The position numbers were made by a program, and so were the translations under genes. Source: a virus. Taken from it: 64,000 nucleotides of DNA. Location: the IMG/VR virus record IMGVR_UViG_3300045988_050969, one strand, 5' to 3'. The notes below the pieces were generated by a model, which worked only from the letters and a program-made list of their open reading frames with translations, did no database searches and was not told where the DNA came from. Shown one piece after another: positions 48,383 through 57,124 of the stretch (within the stretch, counting starts at the first letter, position 1; every line of letters starts with the position of its first letter).

Positions 48383-48454
48383 TCCTCCTACCATAGAATC
48401 GAACTCGGACTTACGGGGCTAGAATCCGTCGTGCTGCCACTACACCATAGGAGA
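48383..48454 (-). tRNA. amber suppressor tRNA, anticodon CUA (Gln-like)
   Basis: Minus strand: TCTCCTA TG GTGT AGTGGCA GCAC G ACGGA TTCTAGC CCCGT AAGT CCGAG TTCGATT CTATGG TAGGAGG A. The 7-bp acceptor includes U1-G72. The D arm carries GG. The anticodon loop is UU-CUA-GC. The T-loop is TTCGATT. Imperfections: an A31-C39 mismatch and one bulged A in the T stem. The UUCU.. loop and CCGAG-TTCGA T arm resemble bacterial tRNA-Gln (from memory). Confidence 0.75.
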
Positions 48455-48460
48455 GGGTTG

Positions 48461-48483
48461 CGTGGATATTCTTACCCTCCACG
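48461..48483 (-). promoter_or_regulatory. hairpin with AAGAAU-containing loop 6 nt upstream of the suppressor tRNA
   Basis: Minus strand CGTGGA-GGGTAAGAATA-TCCACG. Same loop motif as the hairpins at 55846, 57584 and 57795. Confidence 0.45.
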
Positions 48484-48523
48484 TAAGGGTCCCTTCAGGG
48501 TTAAATTAATGATATCTTAAAAT

Positions 48524-48676
48524 TAAAACCAGCTCTTGATACGCTTAGCTATTCTTTTATACCAAGGTTTTACTTGCAATCTAGCTGCTTCACATTCAGC
48601 AATTGCTTCCTCAACAGTCTTGGTATCATCAGTCAAATCTACGATAATTGTAGGCATTTTTGTATTTTTATCCATA
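48524..48676 (-). CDS. hypothetical small protein (about 50 aa), TAG-free
   Basis: Hand translation MDKNTKMPTIIVDLTDDTKTVEEAIAECEAARLQVKPWYKRIAKRIKSWF, with a TAA stop. Confidence 0.4.
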
Positions 48677-48730
48677 ATCTCAATTTTGTATTATTAAACG
48701 TTGTTGTTATTTTTTAGTGTTTATCAAATG

Positions 48731-49276
48731 TTATACTCTAACATTTTGATTAGGAAGTTCAAATAAATTAATCTTAGCGTCACCTTTTACTTTGCTAGTT
48801 TCAAGCTCACCAGATTTAACAGCTTTCTCTAAGTAATCTAGAGTAACAAATGTATCTTTTACTTTAGCAAACCCTGCATAATACTTCTCTATTTTTTTTT
48901 CATCAAGTTCTTCCAATAAAGAATCTTTATAGTATTTATTGAAAGTATCCAGCTTTAATCTGATGCTATCTAGCATATCTAAAGTACGAGTATGTTGTAA
49001 TCTAATAAAGCTATCTTCTGCTTTCTGCTCATCCTCAGAAAGCTCATAATCTGTGCTTCCTAAGAATTCTTCTTTTAGTTTACTTTCTATTTGATCGTAT
49101 GGAATACTCAGTACATAAGGACTATCCCATTTATTCTTAAATACTATATAACTAAGTATTGCAGTAGCATGTTGTTTATCAGCTTTATCTGATTCCCATA
49201 TTTTCTTAAAAGCAGGTATAGCTAAAGCATTTTCATGTATTACTACTTTTCCTCCTATTATATCAAATAGTTTCAT
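48731..49276 (-). CDS. hypothetical protein (181 aa)
   Basis: Intact track ORF, TAG-free, TAA stop. Confidence 0.65.
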   Translation of the reverse strand: MKLFDIIGGKVVIHENALAIPAFKKIWESDKADKQHATAILSYIVFKNKWDSPYVLSIPYDQIESKLKEEFLGSTDYELSEDEQKAEDSFIRLQHTRTLDMLDSIRLKLDTFNKYYKDSLLEELDEKKIEKYYAGFAKVKDTFVTLDYLEKAVKSGELETSKVKGDAKINLFELPNQNVRV

Positions 49277-49288
49277 AATTATTATGTA

Positions 49289-49639
49289 TTAGTTATTTGA
49301 TACGTTTGAGGCACATTCACATTTAGAGAATGTACTACTTATTTTCTGTTTTTCATCTTGCATCTTTGCAATATGCTCTTTAATAGCTTTATCACTAATT
49401 ACAGCATAAACGAAAGTTTTATCATCAAGTTTATATGTTTTTGCTATCAAATCACCTTTAGACACTTTTACATTTTCAGTAGTTCCATCTTTTTTTGTGA
49501 TACTGTATTCCCCATCTTCAGGAACAATCCATATATAATCGAAATAGAAACTATCTAAAACAGTTACCTCATTTGTATCCGGATTATAACCTGCCATGCA
49601 ACTACTATTATTGCTATTTACGTATTTATTCATAATCAA
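49289..49639 (-). CDS. hypothetical protein (116 aa)
   Basis: Intact track ORF, TAG-free, TAA stop. Confidence 0.6.
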   Translation of the reverse strand: MIMNKYVNSNNSSCMAGYNPDTNEVTVLDSFYFDYIWIVPEDGEYSITKKDGTTENVKVSKGDLIAKTYKLDDKTFVYAVISDKAIKEHIAKMQDEKQKISSTFSKCECASNVSNN

Positions 49640-49732
49640 TCTATTCTATAATCAGTATAATATTCTTTTTGTAATCTTGCTAATATTACTCTAGCTTGTT
49701 TCTCTGAACAATTAGGATTTGTGTATTCGGGA

Positions 49733-50476
49733 TTATTCTGATACTTGTTTATCACTGTCTGATAATACGCTATCTCCTGTTCTAGACTTTCCTTTGTTAT
49801 ATTCATAAATAGTTTCTTCTACTAAGTCTTTTAATCTATCTTTATAGGAACACAGTTTTGCTATAACCTCTTCATTAGAACCATATAAATTACGATCTGT
49901 AAATATTCCTTTAACTACATTTTTGTTATTATCTTCTATAATGGCTCCAGTTTCATCTTCGCTTAACCAATAATTAAAGTTTGTTCTTTTAGCCAGCTCT
50001 TTAGATAGTTCTATAATCGAACGATGTATTTCTTTCTTTAAATCACTGATAGTGTCAAATTCAGCTCTTCTATCTAACTCTTCTTTGGAAGAAAGTTGTA
50101 TCTTATCGAGTATGTCATTACAACTGTTTATTTTTTCTTCAATACGTTCATCTAGAGCTTTAGATAAATCTTCAATAGTTGCTTTTCTAATAGTGTGTTT
50201 ACTTATCCACAGCATTGCTATTGCATTCCAAGCTACTTGAGCTAAGTGATGACAACCAGTATCTTTGTCAATAGTATTACCTTTTTCATACTCAAGTAAG
50301 TGCCTTAGCATGGCAGCTTTATAACGTTGATAACCATTCTCTAAGTTCTGCCAATTATTATCGCCATACTTAATAGAACCAGCTGTGTATACTTTTACGA
50401 TGTCTTCAATTTCTTCTAAAGGTAATAAATCCCATCTTAATTTCTTGTCTAAGAAATCATTCTTCTTTCCTTCCAT
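49733..50476 (-). CDS. hypothetical protein; N-terminal half resembles phage dATP/dGTP diphosphohydrolase-type domain (from memory, unverified)
   Basis: Intact 247-aa track ORF. Contains LRWDLLP...YGDNNWQN...MLRHL...HLAQVAWNA. Confidence 0.6.
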   Translation of the reverse strand: MEGKKNDFLDKKLRWDLLPLEEIEDIVKVYTAGSIKYGDNNWQNLENGYQRYKAAMLRHLLEYEKGNTIDKDTGCHHLAQVAWNAIAMLWISKHTIRKATIEDLSKALDERIEEKINSCNDILDKIQLSSKEELDRRAEFDTISDLKKEIHRSIIELSKELAKRTNFNYWLSEDETGAIIEDNNKNVVKGIFTDRNLYGSNEEVIAKLCSYKDRLKDLVEETIYEYNKGKSRTGDSVLSDSDKQVSE

Positions 50477-50897
50477 TTTCTTTATCTCTTAAATAATCTA
50501 TCATAAATTGACCTACTTTGCCTGCTATCCAACCTAGTAAATAAGCATAAGGTTCATTACCTTGATCGTATCCTTGTCCTACTCCTCCTATTATATCCCA
50601 TATTACATCGGTAGCATGCGTAGATTCATGAGCAGCTACTTCTATAGCTGTACCATCTAATTTATCTGGAGCTTCTATAAGAATAAGCACTCCTTTGTCT
50701 CCAGTTCTCTTATCTCTTACTATAAATGTAACTCCATCTGCACTGACTGGACTAATAGGGGAGCCGTTATTCTCATTATTCAATAAATCTTTAATAGTAG
50801 GATAGAACAAGAACTTTTTCTTCATATCTTCAAAACAATCTATAGTAGAAATATAGAGATCTACGGGATATATATCAAGACAGTATTTCCTAATCAT
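50457..50897 (-). CDS. hypothetical protein with HExxH motif (AAHESTHA)
   Basis: Intact 146-aa track ORF with a TGA stop. Confidence 0.6.
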   Translation of the reverse strand: MIRKYCLDIYPVDLYISTIDCFEDMKKKFLFYPTIKDLLNNENNGSPISPVSADGVTFIVRDKRTGDKGVLILIEAPDKLDGTAIEVAAHESTHATDVIWDIIGGVGQGYDQGNEPYAYLLGWIAGKVGQFMIDYLRDKENGRKEE

Positions 50898-51150
50898 CTT
50901 TTATTATTTTATATATATTAGCAATTGCTCTATTACTAAGTAAGTACACATACAAAAATACTTCATCTGACAATCTATAAGTTGAATCAGGGGTAATGAT
51001 TTCATTACTACTTTCTTTAATTTGTATTGTGCATTCATCTTTCTGACCTGTTGGATAAGACATTTTGTAATATATCATGAGCTCTACTAATTCTGTTAGA
51101 ATGTCATTTTGTGGTATCTTTGTTATCCGTATCTTCTTTCTTTCGCTCAT
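50890..51150 (-). CDS. hypothetical protein (86 aa) terminating in TAG
   Basis: Intact track ORF. Stop codon is TAG 50890-50892, with an in-frame TGA 4 codons further down (50875-50877). Confidence 0.55.
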   Translation of the reverse strand: MSERKKIRITKIPQNDILTELVELMIYYKMSYPTGQKDECTIQIKESSNEIITPDSTYRLSDEVFLYVYLLSNRAIANIYKIIKDD

Positions 51151-51296
51151 ATACCTTCTTAATTTTGATTTTACCTAAGTAAGTGAATAGCATTGGTCTT
51201 TCATCACCTTCTGTTATTCTTCTATTAGCGAACATAAAAGGATGATTACATATAACCTTTATTACCTAACTAGGAAGTTGATATTTATTACTTAGT

Positions 51297-51725
51297 TCAG
51301 AATATATACTCATTCCAGTTTTTTTCATTTGATAACCATCTAGTATTATAATATTTATTATTTAAGAAAGCCTGTAAATCATTAGTATTATCTGAAAATG
51401 TGTTAGTTCTAATAACATTAATTGCTGCAAATAAATCTTCAATCTTTATACCTTCTTCTGAACTTGTAGCAATATCACCTTTAAATTCTAGAATCTTCTC
51501 TAATGTATTAATCTCTTTCTTACTATAGTTCTTTTTAGGTTCAGCAATAATAACGTCTGTATTTTTACTATATGCGTTTACTAAATCACACGAATCTTTA
51601 AAGATAACAAAATGATTATAAGGTAATACTTTCTTGCTTAGCTTAGCCCAAAATCTTTTAAACCAATTATACTTTTTACATAATAAAACACAACCTGGTT
51701 TAAGTGTTACATATTGTATATTCAT
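51297..51725 (-). CDS. hypothetical protein (142 aa)
   Basis: Intact track ORF with a TGA stop. Confidence 0.6.
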   Translation of the reverse strand: MNIQYVTLKPGCVLLCKKYNWFKRFWAKLSKKVLPYNHFVIFKDSCDLVNAYSKNTDVIIAEPKKNYSKKEINTLEKILEFKGDIATSSEEGIKIEDLFAAINVIRTNTFSDNTNDLQAFLNNKYYNTRWLSNEKNWNEYIF

Positions 51726-51726
51726 A

Positions 51727-51999
51727 TTATTCTTTCTCCAATCTAAGTACGATAGTTAGCTGAACTCTATCTCCTATTACTTCAGGTATTAATGCTGGAT
51801 TAACCATCCATTCATCATCAGCTTTACCTTTTATTATCAGACCTTTATCTCTTAATTTCCCTATGTATCTACTTAAGTTATCACTAGTAATGCCTGTTGC
51901 AGCTTTTAGATAACGTCTGTTTTCGGTACTTATCACATTCTTGCTGTACCCAGGGAGCTTAGGTGTATTAATATCTATATCAATTAATAAAACCATCAA
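51727..51999 (-). CDS. winged-helix DNA-binding protein candidate (90 aa)
   Basis: Intact track ORF. Contains NRRYLKAATGITSDNLSRYIGKLRDKGLII, a helix-turn-helix-like segment. Confidence 0.5.
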   Translation of the reverse strand: MMVLLIDIDINTPKLPGYSKNVISTENRRYLKAATGITSDNLSRYIGKLRDKGLIIKGKADDEWMVNPALIPEVIGDRVQLTIVLRLEKE

Positions 52000-52090
52000 G
52001 TCTTGCTCCCTAGTGGTCAGCTAAAGTACACCATCAAGTGATTTGAGGAATTCTCTGTAAAGATCTGTTTTTTTAACCGTCTTTACAAGT

Positions 52091-52498
52091 TTATTCATTA
52101 ATGATTTCCTTTACCTTTTTAAGAATTTGATTCATATTGAAATATACCGTGTCTGCTTCAACCTTAACACAAGTAGGAATTTCTTGATTGTTATAGGCTT
52201 CTACTAAATCGTCATGGTCTTTCTTATATTGAGCTTCTAATGTATCTACTAAATCAGATAATGCACACAATTTATCAATTGCAGAGATTTCCTTATCCTC
52301 ATCTTCAACAACTAACAGATTACCTGATTCTACAAACTCTTCTGCTGTTTCCTCATCCATACACATATAACGTGAACACTTCTTATTATCGTTTTCAGTT
52401 ATCATACTGAATTCATATAAATTAGTATCCTCATTATAAGTAAGCATATCACCTTTTTGTGCAGATGCAAATTCTTTAATTACTTTATAGTTCTTCAT
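52091..52498 (-). CDS. hypothetical acidic protein (135 aa)
   Basis: Intact track ORF with a TAA stop. Confidence 0.6.
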   Translation of the reverse strand: MKNYKVIKEFASAQKGDMLTYNEDTNLYEFSMITENDNKKCSRYMCMDEETAEEFVESGNLLVVEDEDKEISAIDKLCALSDLVDTLEAQYKKDHDDLVEAYNNQEIPTCVKVEADTVYFNMNQILKKVKEIINE

Positions 52499-52664
52499 AA
52501 TAATTATTATTTAGTTGTTTAATAGTTGTTACATATACCTAAACGGTAAATGTTAAAATAGTATTTATTCTTTAACATTTGTTAACTTATATTTAAGTAA
52601 AGACATGAAAAAAGGCTAGATCCGCAGACCTAGCCCCACAACAACTATTAATACGCATTAATAT

Positions 52665-53018
52665 TTAGTCTTTTCTTGCTATAATATCATAAGGTTTAAC
52701 TAACTGACTATCCTTGAATAAGTCAAAGTCTTTAGCAAACTTCTTATTAAATACTATTGTATCTCCTACTTTAAAGTCTGTTATATTTAGACTTTCTGGA
52801 ATAGCAAGTACAATTCCTAATCTCCACTCTGACTCTACTTCTTTTACTTCAGTCTTAGTCTCAAACTTCTCATAACCATCAACATCTTTTTCACCTGTAC
52901 CAACTGCTTCAGTTATTTCTTTCTTCAGCTTAATAGGTTCAAGAGGTTTAACTAACACATCTTTCAGAGGAGTATAACCAATTCCATTAATTACTGTTTC
53001 TAGTACTTTATCTTCCAT
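52665..53018 (-). CDS. GroES / gp31-like co-chaperonin candidate (117 aa)
   Basis: Pattern PLKDVLVKP ... GIVLAIP ... FKVGDTIVFNK ... YDIIA parallels GroES PLxDRVxVK ... GxVxAVG ... VKVGDxVxF ... DILA. Confidence 0.5.
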   Translation of the reverse strand: MEDKVLETVINGIGYTPLKDVLVKPLEPIKLKKEITEAVGTGEKDVDGYEKFETKTEVKEVESEWRLGIVLAIPESLNITDFKVGDTIVFNKKFAKDFDLFKDSQLVKPYDIIARKD

Positions 53019-53212
53019 AATATTCTTATTTATATTCTATAACGTATTATTTGTTGTTTTGTTTCTTTAATCTCAATATATTTCCGCCATTAGAACAGCA
53101 GTATCTCCTAGCTAAAGTAGGACAATTTTTATCTAAGTAATAGCATCCATCACAACTACCTATAGGATTAGACTCTACTATAAACTATTTGTTATCTATT
53201 ATTACTGGTATT

Positions 53213-53470
53213 CTATTCTTTACTATCTTTGCTAATTCCTAGTCGTTCAAAGTCATTACCTTCAATTTTATATATCCATATAAAGTAGTCTACTATATAC
53301 TTAGCCATTTCACTAGTTTCACCATCTTCTATGTAGCTATTCACAACCGCATTATAAGTAGACTTATCAAAAGATAAGCTATTATTATCTATAATAGCTC
53401 CGTTATCTAATAGCTTTTGATTTATTCTTTCTAATCCCTTTATAGAAGGATTATATTCTACTATATTCAT
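53213..53470 (-). CDS. hypothetical protein (85 aa) terminating in TAG
   Basis: Intact track ORF. Stop is TAG 53213-53215, with an in-frame TAA about 7 codons downstream. Confidence 0.55.
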   Translation of the reverse strand: MNIVEYNPSIKGLERINQKLLDNGAIIDNNSLSFDKSTYNAVVNSYIEDGETSEMAKYIVDYFIWIYKIEGNDFERLGISKDSKE

Positions 53471-53667
53471 TATTGTTTTCTTTCTCTTTTAAGTATAAAG
53501 CCTTGAGTGCATAGTGAAGTAATCCTAGAAGGACAATAGCAATTGTATAAATCACAACCTTGACACATACCCTTTACTTCGTTCTCTACTAAAGTATAAG
53601 GTTTATTACCAAAATATACTTTCTTACCTAAGTAAGCTACTTCTTTAACTTGTTGTTGTTTATTCAT
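53470..53667 (-). CDS. small Cys-rich protein (65 aa)
   Basis: Intact track ORF. Contains CQGCDLYNCYCPSRITSLC. Confidence 0.5.
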   Translation of the reverse strand: MNKQQQVKEVAYLGKKVYFGNKPYTLVENEVKGMCQGCDLYNCYCPSRITSLCTQGFILKRERKQ

Positions 53668-53833
53668 AATATAAATATCTAAAGTAGGAGACTATAATCA
53701 GTCTATACTGTCTTAGACTGTCTTTAACTGTTATAGACAGTAACGTATAAACTCTTATAAAAGTTTCTTTTATGATAAACTTTTTAACATTTGTTAAGAA
53801 CAATTATAGCTATTTAATAGCTAATTTTTAACA

Positions 53834-54694
53834 TTATTTATGAATTAATTTATATAATTCATCGGCTAACTTCTTAGCATCTGGATGAGCTGCACCACTA
53901 CAACGTAACTTAAAGAAACCTTCCCAATCACTTTCAAAGCCTGTCATTACTAATTCTGTCTTAGTTGCATTAGGTAGTACTCCACGAGCTTCTTGAGGCT
54001 TTAAACCTTTGTTTATTAGCAGTCTGTATTGCATTCCTGCATTGTTCAAACACCATAAAAAGTTATCTGCTACACCATTATCTGAAGGTAATTGGATTTT
54101 CATATTATCAATATCACACCAATCTCCATCCCAGTAAGTATAATCACCTGTAGGTATATCTAACCAAGTAGGTTTAATAAAAGTAAGCTCGTTATTAAAT
54201 TTATCCTTATTGTAGTTACAATATCTCTGTGACTCCTGTGCAAAGCTGAATACTCTGTGTCTAACAAATTCATGGCTTACTCCTCTATCGCATATAAATT
54301 TAGCTGTGATGCGCTTTTCATGATGTTCTGTAGGTTCTACTTGATATTGCAAGTCATCTAATCTATTATTCTCTACTATTACTCGTAGATTGGTTGTCAC
54401 GTATATTGAATTTCCATGTATACGCACTTTTGTATATTTCTTGTGATTACCATCTGACCAATATAGTCTAGCTGGTGGAAGATGTCCGTCTTCTGTTTTA
54501 TCTATCTTTAAATAAATAGTACCATGCTCTAACATAGCCCCATGACCAAGCTTAATCATACGGTCTACAAACTCTTTAGCGCTATCCTCTGTTATCTTAT
54601 CTTCACTCTTATAGCAAGTTCTACCTGCTAATTCTATCATCTTGTAAGGGTCTTTTTCCTCAATAATCTGTACGCTGGATTCTATTAGTTTCAT
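53834..54694 (-). CDS. thyX: flavin-dependent thymidylate synthase
   Basis: Intact 286-aa track ORF. ThyX signature RHRVFSFAQESQR (RHR-x7-S) plus an N-terminal AGRTCYKS...GHGAMLEHG pattern. Confidence 0.85.
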   Translation of the reverse strand: MKLIESSVQIIEEKDPYKMIELAGRTCYKSEDKITEDSAKEFVDRMIKLGHGAMLEHGTIYLKIDKTEDGHLPPARLYWSDGNHKKYTKVRIHGNSIYVTTNLRVIVENNRLDDLQYQVEPTEHHEKRITAKFICDRGVSHEFVRHRVFSFAQESQRYCNYNKDKFNNELTFIKPTWLDIPTGDYTYWDGDWCDIDNMKIQLPSDNGVADNFLWCLNNAGMQYRLLINKGLKPQEARGVLPNATKTELVMTGFESDWEGFFKLRCSGAAHPDAKKLADELYKLIHK

Positions 54695-54866
54695 ATTATA
54701 TAGTTATTTGTTATATACTCTATAACGCAGATATTAAGAATAATTACAGATATTTAACATAAATTAAACATATTTTAAAAATAAAATATAAAAAATTTTA
54801 TAAAAATTTTTTGAGAGAGGTGGTGCGTGTGTAGAATTAAAAAAATATAAAATACCCCCGCGTGTG

Positions 54867-54950
54867 CGAAACAGCAAAGATTCACTCCCCTCTATTAAGT
54901 ATTGGCAGGGAACACCCCGTACTGTTTCGGTATTGGCGTTCCCTTTTATT
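54867..54950 (+). promoter_or_regulatory. structured leader / attenuator-like element upstream of 54983 gene
   Basis: GGGAAC(54908-13)...GTTCCC(54938-43) followed by TTTTATT looks like a terminator hairpin. CGAAACAG(54867-74) can pair with CTGTTTCG(54922-29) inside that hairpin as a competing or pseudoknotted helix. GCGTGTG is directly repeated at about 54825 and 54860. Confidence 0.4.
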
Positions 54951-54982
54951 GTGTATTGTGTAATTCTTAAAATTGTGTAGTT

Positions 54983-55567
54983 ATGAAATGTAATGTAACA
55001 AGTTTTGTTAAAGTTGAAAGAGAGAATGAAATGCCGTACTTTATTATTAAAGCAACGGGTGTCGAAGGTGATGAAGGTGCAAACGTAGTGGACGAAGACG
55101 GATGTATTAATCCGTTCGCTATGATGTCAAGGCGTTTTAACTTTACAAAAACACTTTTTCCGTCAACGGACAAACAAGTAGAGCAATTAGAAAAACTTTA
55201 TGAGGTGGATGAGAATGGGAAAGTAGTTAAGGGTGCGCCAATACGGTTGATGTCGGTATCTTGGGCAACGGGTACGGAGTTTTACATTCGCAAAGAAGGC
55301 TCTGTTACGGGAGTCTATGAAACGGAGGAGGAAGTAACGGAAAAGGTTGTTCGTAATGGCAAAACCATTGAAGTGACTAAAACAAAGTACATACCGAAAG
55401 TGTTTAAAAGTGTTAATTTAACACTCTTTGAAAATGCTGATGGTACATGCGCCGAAAACGGTGGAAATGCTGATGCCTTATGCAAAAGGACTTTTGAAAG
55501 GGGACTTGAATCCGGTGCTTATATTCTATGCGAAACAGCTACAGACATTACCGAGGTAATCGCTTAA
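54983..55567 (+). CDS. hypothetical protein (194 aa), compositional outlier
   Basis: Intact track ORF, noticeably more GC-rich than the surrounding genes. Flanked by the structured leader and a terminator. Confidence 0.7.
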   Translation: MKCNVTSFVKVERENEMPYFIIKATGVEGDEGANVVDEDGCINPFAMMSRRFNFTKTLFPSTDKQVEQLEKLYEVDENGKVVKGAPIRLMSVSWATGTEFYIRKEGSVTGVYETEEEVTEKVVRNGKTIEVTKTKYIPKVFKSVNLTLFENADGTCAENGGNADALCKRTFERGLESGAYILCETATDITEVIA

Positions 55568-55595
55568 TATATGGCGGTTCTATCCGACAAGCACG

Positions 55596-55622
55596 GTCTA
55601 CAGATTATGTAGACTTTGCTTG
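55596..55622 (+). terminator. rho-independent terminator
   Basis: GTCTACA-GATTA-TGTAGAC followed by TTTGCTTGCTTTG, 29 nt after the stop of 54983..55567. Confidence 0.65.
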
Positions 55623-55664
55623 CTTTGCAAATCAACATTTATTATTAACATAACAACTTTGCCT

Positions 55665-55811
55665 ATGTATTCATTAATACACGGACTATTGAACATTGTA
55701 TCTTTCCTATTTTGTTATTTTGCTATAGGAGAGATTAATGGTTTAATCTTTTATCTCGTCTTTAATGTGTTTCACATTCTATATCTTACTTTAAGATTAG
55801 ATGATGAGTAA
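55665..55811 (+). CDS. possible small membrane protein (48 aa)
   Basis: ATG-initiated part of track ORF 55620..55811. MYSLIHGLLNIVSFLFCYFAIGEINGLIFYLVFNVFHILYL suggests two hydrophobic helices. Confidence 0.4.
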   Translation: MYSLIHGLLNIVSFLFCYFAIGEINGLIFYLVFNVFHILYLTLRLDDE

Positions 55812-55845
55812 GAGAACAAAAACAGTAAGTACTCTATCACACCTA

Positions 55846-56010
55846 CCTGACTAGAATTCAGGAGTGGACGGCCTCTGATAAGTAACTTACTAAAAAACTC
55901 AATAACATCCCAAGACATTGAGGGCACCAGTTTCTTATATTAGCGTAAGGCTTACGGAAGAAGTTATAGTTCCTACATGGATGAAAAGACGTACTTAGAG
56001 TTAATAACTC
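55846..56010 (+). ncRNA. GC-elevated structured non-coding segment (candidate ncRNA)
   Basis: Starts with hairpin CCTGA-CTAGAAT-TCAGG and contains CGTAA-GGC-TTACG. No plausible ORF on either strand; track ORF 55858..56064(-) has an odd composition. Confidence 0.35.
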
Positions 56011-56092
56011 AGCGCTATAACAGTATGCAGCTATAAAGATATAAGTTTTAGGTGTAAAATGCAATTTAACTATTAACTAAATAAATAATCAT

Positions 56093-56176
56093 ATGGATAG
56101 AGACACAGAATTAGGTATATTATCAGTAATAATCACAATGATAGTACTATATCTATCTATATGGTTATTTAACTAA
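56093..56176 (+). CDS. possible 27-aa hydrophobic peptide
   Basis: MDRDTELGILSVIITMIVLYLSIWLFN, preceded by a three-frame TAA cluster TAACTAAATAAATAA. Confidence 0.3.
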   Translation: MDRDTELGILSVIITMIVLYLSIWLFN

Positions 56177-56329
56177 GATATACAGATTTATTCGCAAAGT
56201 AATTATTCTATGAAATGCAAATTATCCTCATATGTTGTGAAACATAATTTAACCACGTTAAAGTATAATAATATAAGTTAGGTATGCCCTTATAAAGACT
56301 TAGGTAGCGCTAAGGACTATATTATTATA

Positions 56330-56720
56330 CTTCTCTTCTTAATGCAGCCGAGTGCCGGTGACAAGCCCGACAGAATGCAGAGTCAAGAAAAATAATTTAT
56401 TATCATTATTACGCATTCTATGCACAAGAAATGTAGTAGTTGAGAAGATGATAGATTATAATCCACGTGGTAGATGCAGTTGTAGGTTCCAACTGGTGCA
56501 CATCTTTTAGAGACAGTAACCAAGCTCGAAGTAAGCAGAGCGAAGATAGAAGCTATACCTTGATAGGCTTAATGAGGTGCTTAACAGTCTGACACTAACT
56601 GAACAATAAGTGTCCTCAGTTCCGGGTGAGTAAAGTGAATGTGGAATATATCGGACTACAGCCTCGAAGAAAGGTTCCACCAAGTATGTCAAAACTTGAG
56701 TAGAAAGTTGTACTATAACC
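56330..56720 (+). ncRNA. GC-elevated structured non-coding segment (candidate large ncRNA)
   Basis: About 390 nt without an ORF and with many local helices, e.g. GATG-CAGTTG-TAGGTTC-CAACTG-GTGCA-CATC at about 56471-56502. AGGTTCC and CTCGAAG motifs recur. Confidence 0.35.
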
Positions 56721-56873
56721 AAAAGTATAACAGACTTAATAGAGTAAGAGAATAGAAATGTGTATATCTACGTAGTTCATAGCATAGCTTATAATCGTAT
56801 AATGCAACATCGATTATATTAATGCGCTTACTCTATTATTTTTATTGCATTAACTAACAAATAAATCAATTAT

Positions 56874-57104
56874 ATGGAAACAAAAGTAATACTGTTTATT
56901 ATTCATCTAACATTAGGTATAATTAGTGGTATAATCTATCTAATATACTGTTATAAAAAATACGAGGTATTGACATTAGCAGATGCAATAGCATCTTTAT
57001 TAATGTTATTTGGATGGCCAATTGTTCTATTAGCTTTATCTAGTCATTACTTTTTACTTTTTATGAGTAATCTTGAAGAGATTAGAATATTAGAGAAAAA
57101 ATAA
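56874..57104 (+). CDS. small membrane protein (76 aa)
   Basis: Intact track ORF with two hydrophobic helices. Preceded by TAACTAACAAATAAATCAAT. Confidence 0.55.
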   Translation: METKVILFIIHLTLGIISGIIYLIYCYKKYEVLTLADAIASLLMLFGWPIVLLALSSHYFLLFMSNLEEIRILEKK

Positions 57105-57124
57105 CTAATAAATAATATCAAATT

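Noticed and set aside
55873-55900. Hammerhead-ribozyme-like CTGATAAG...AAAA core
   Set aside because: The conserved CUGAUGA and GAAA boxes carry G-to-A substitutions at essential positions, and stem II would be only 4 bp with a 3-nt loop.
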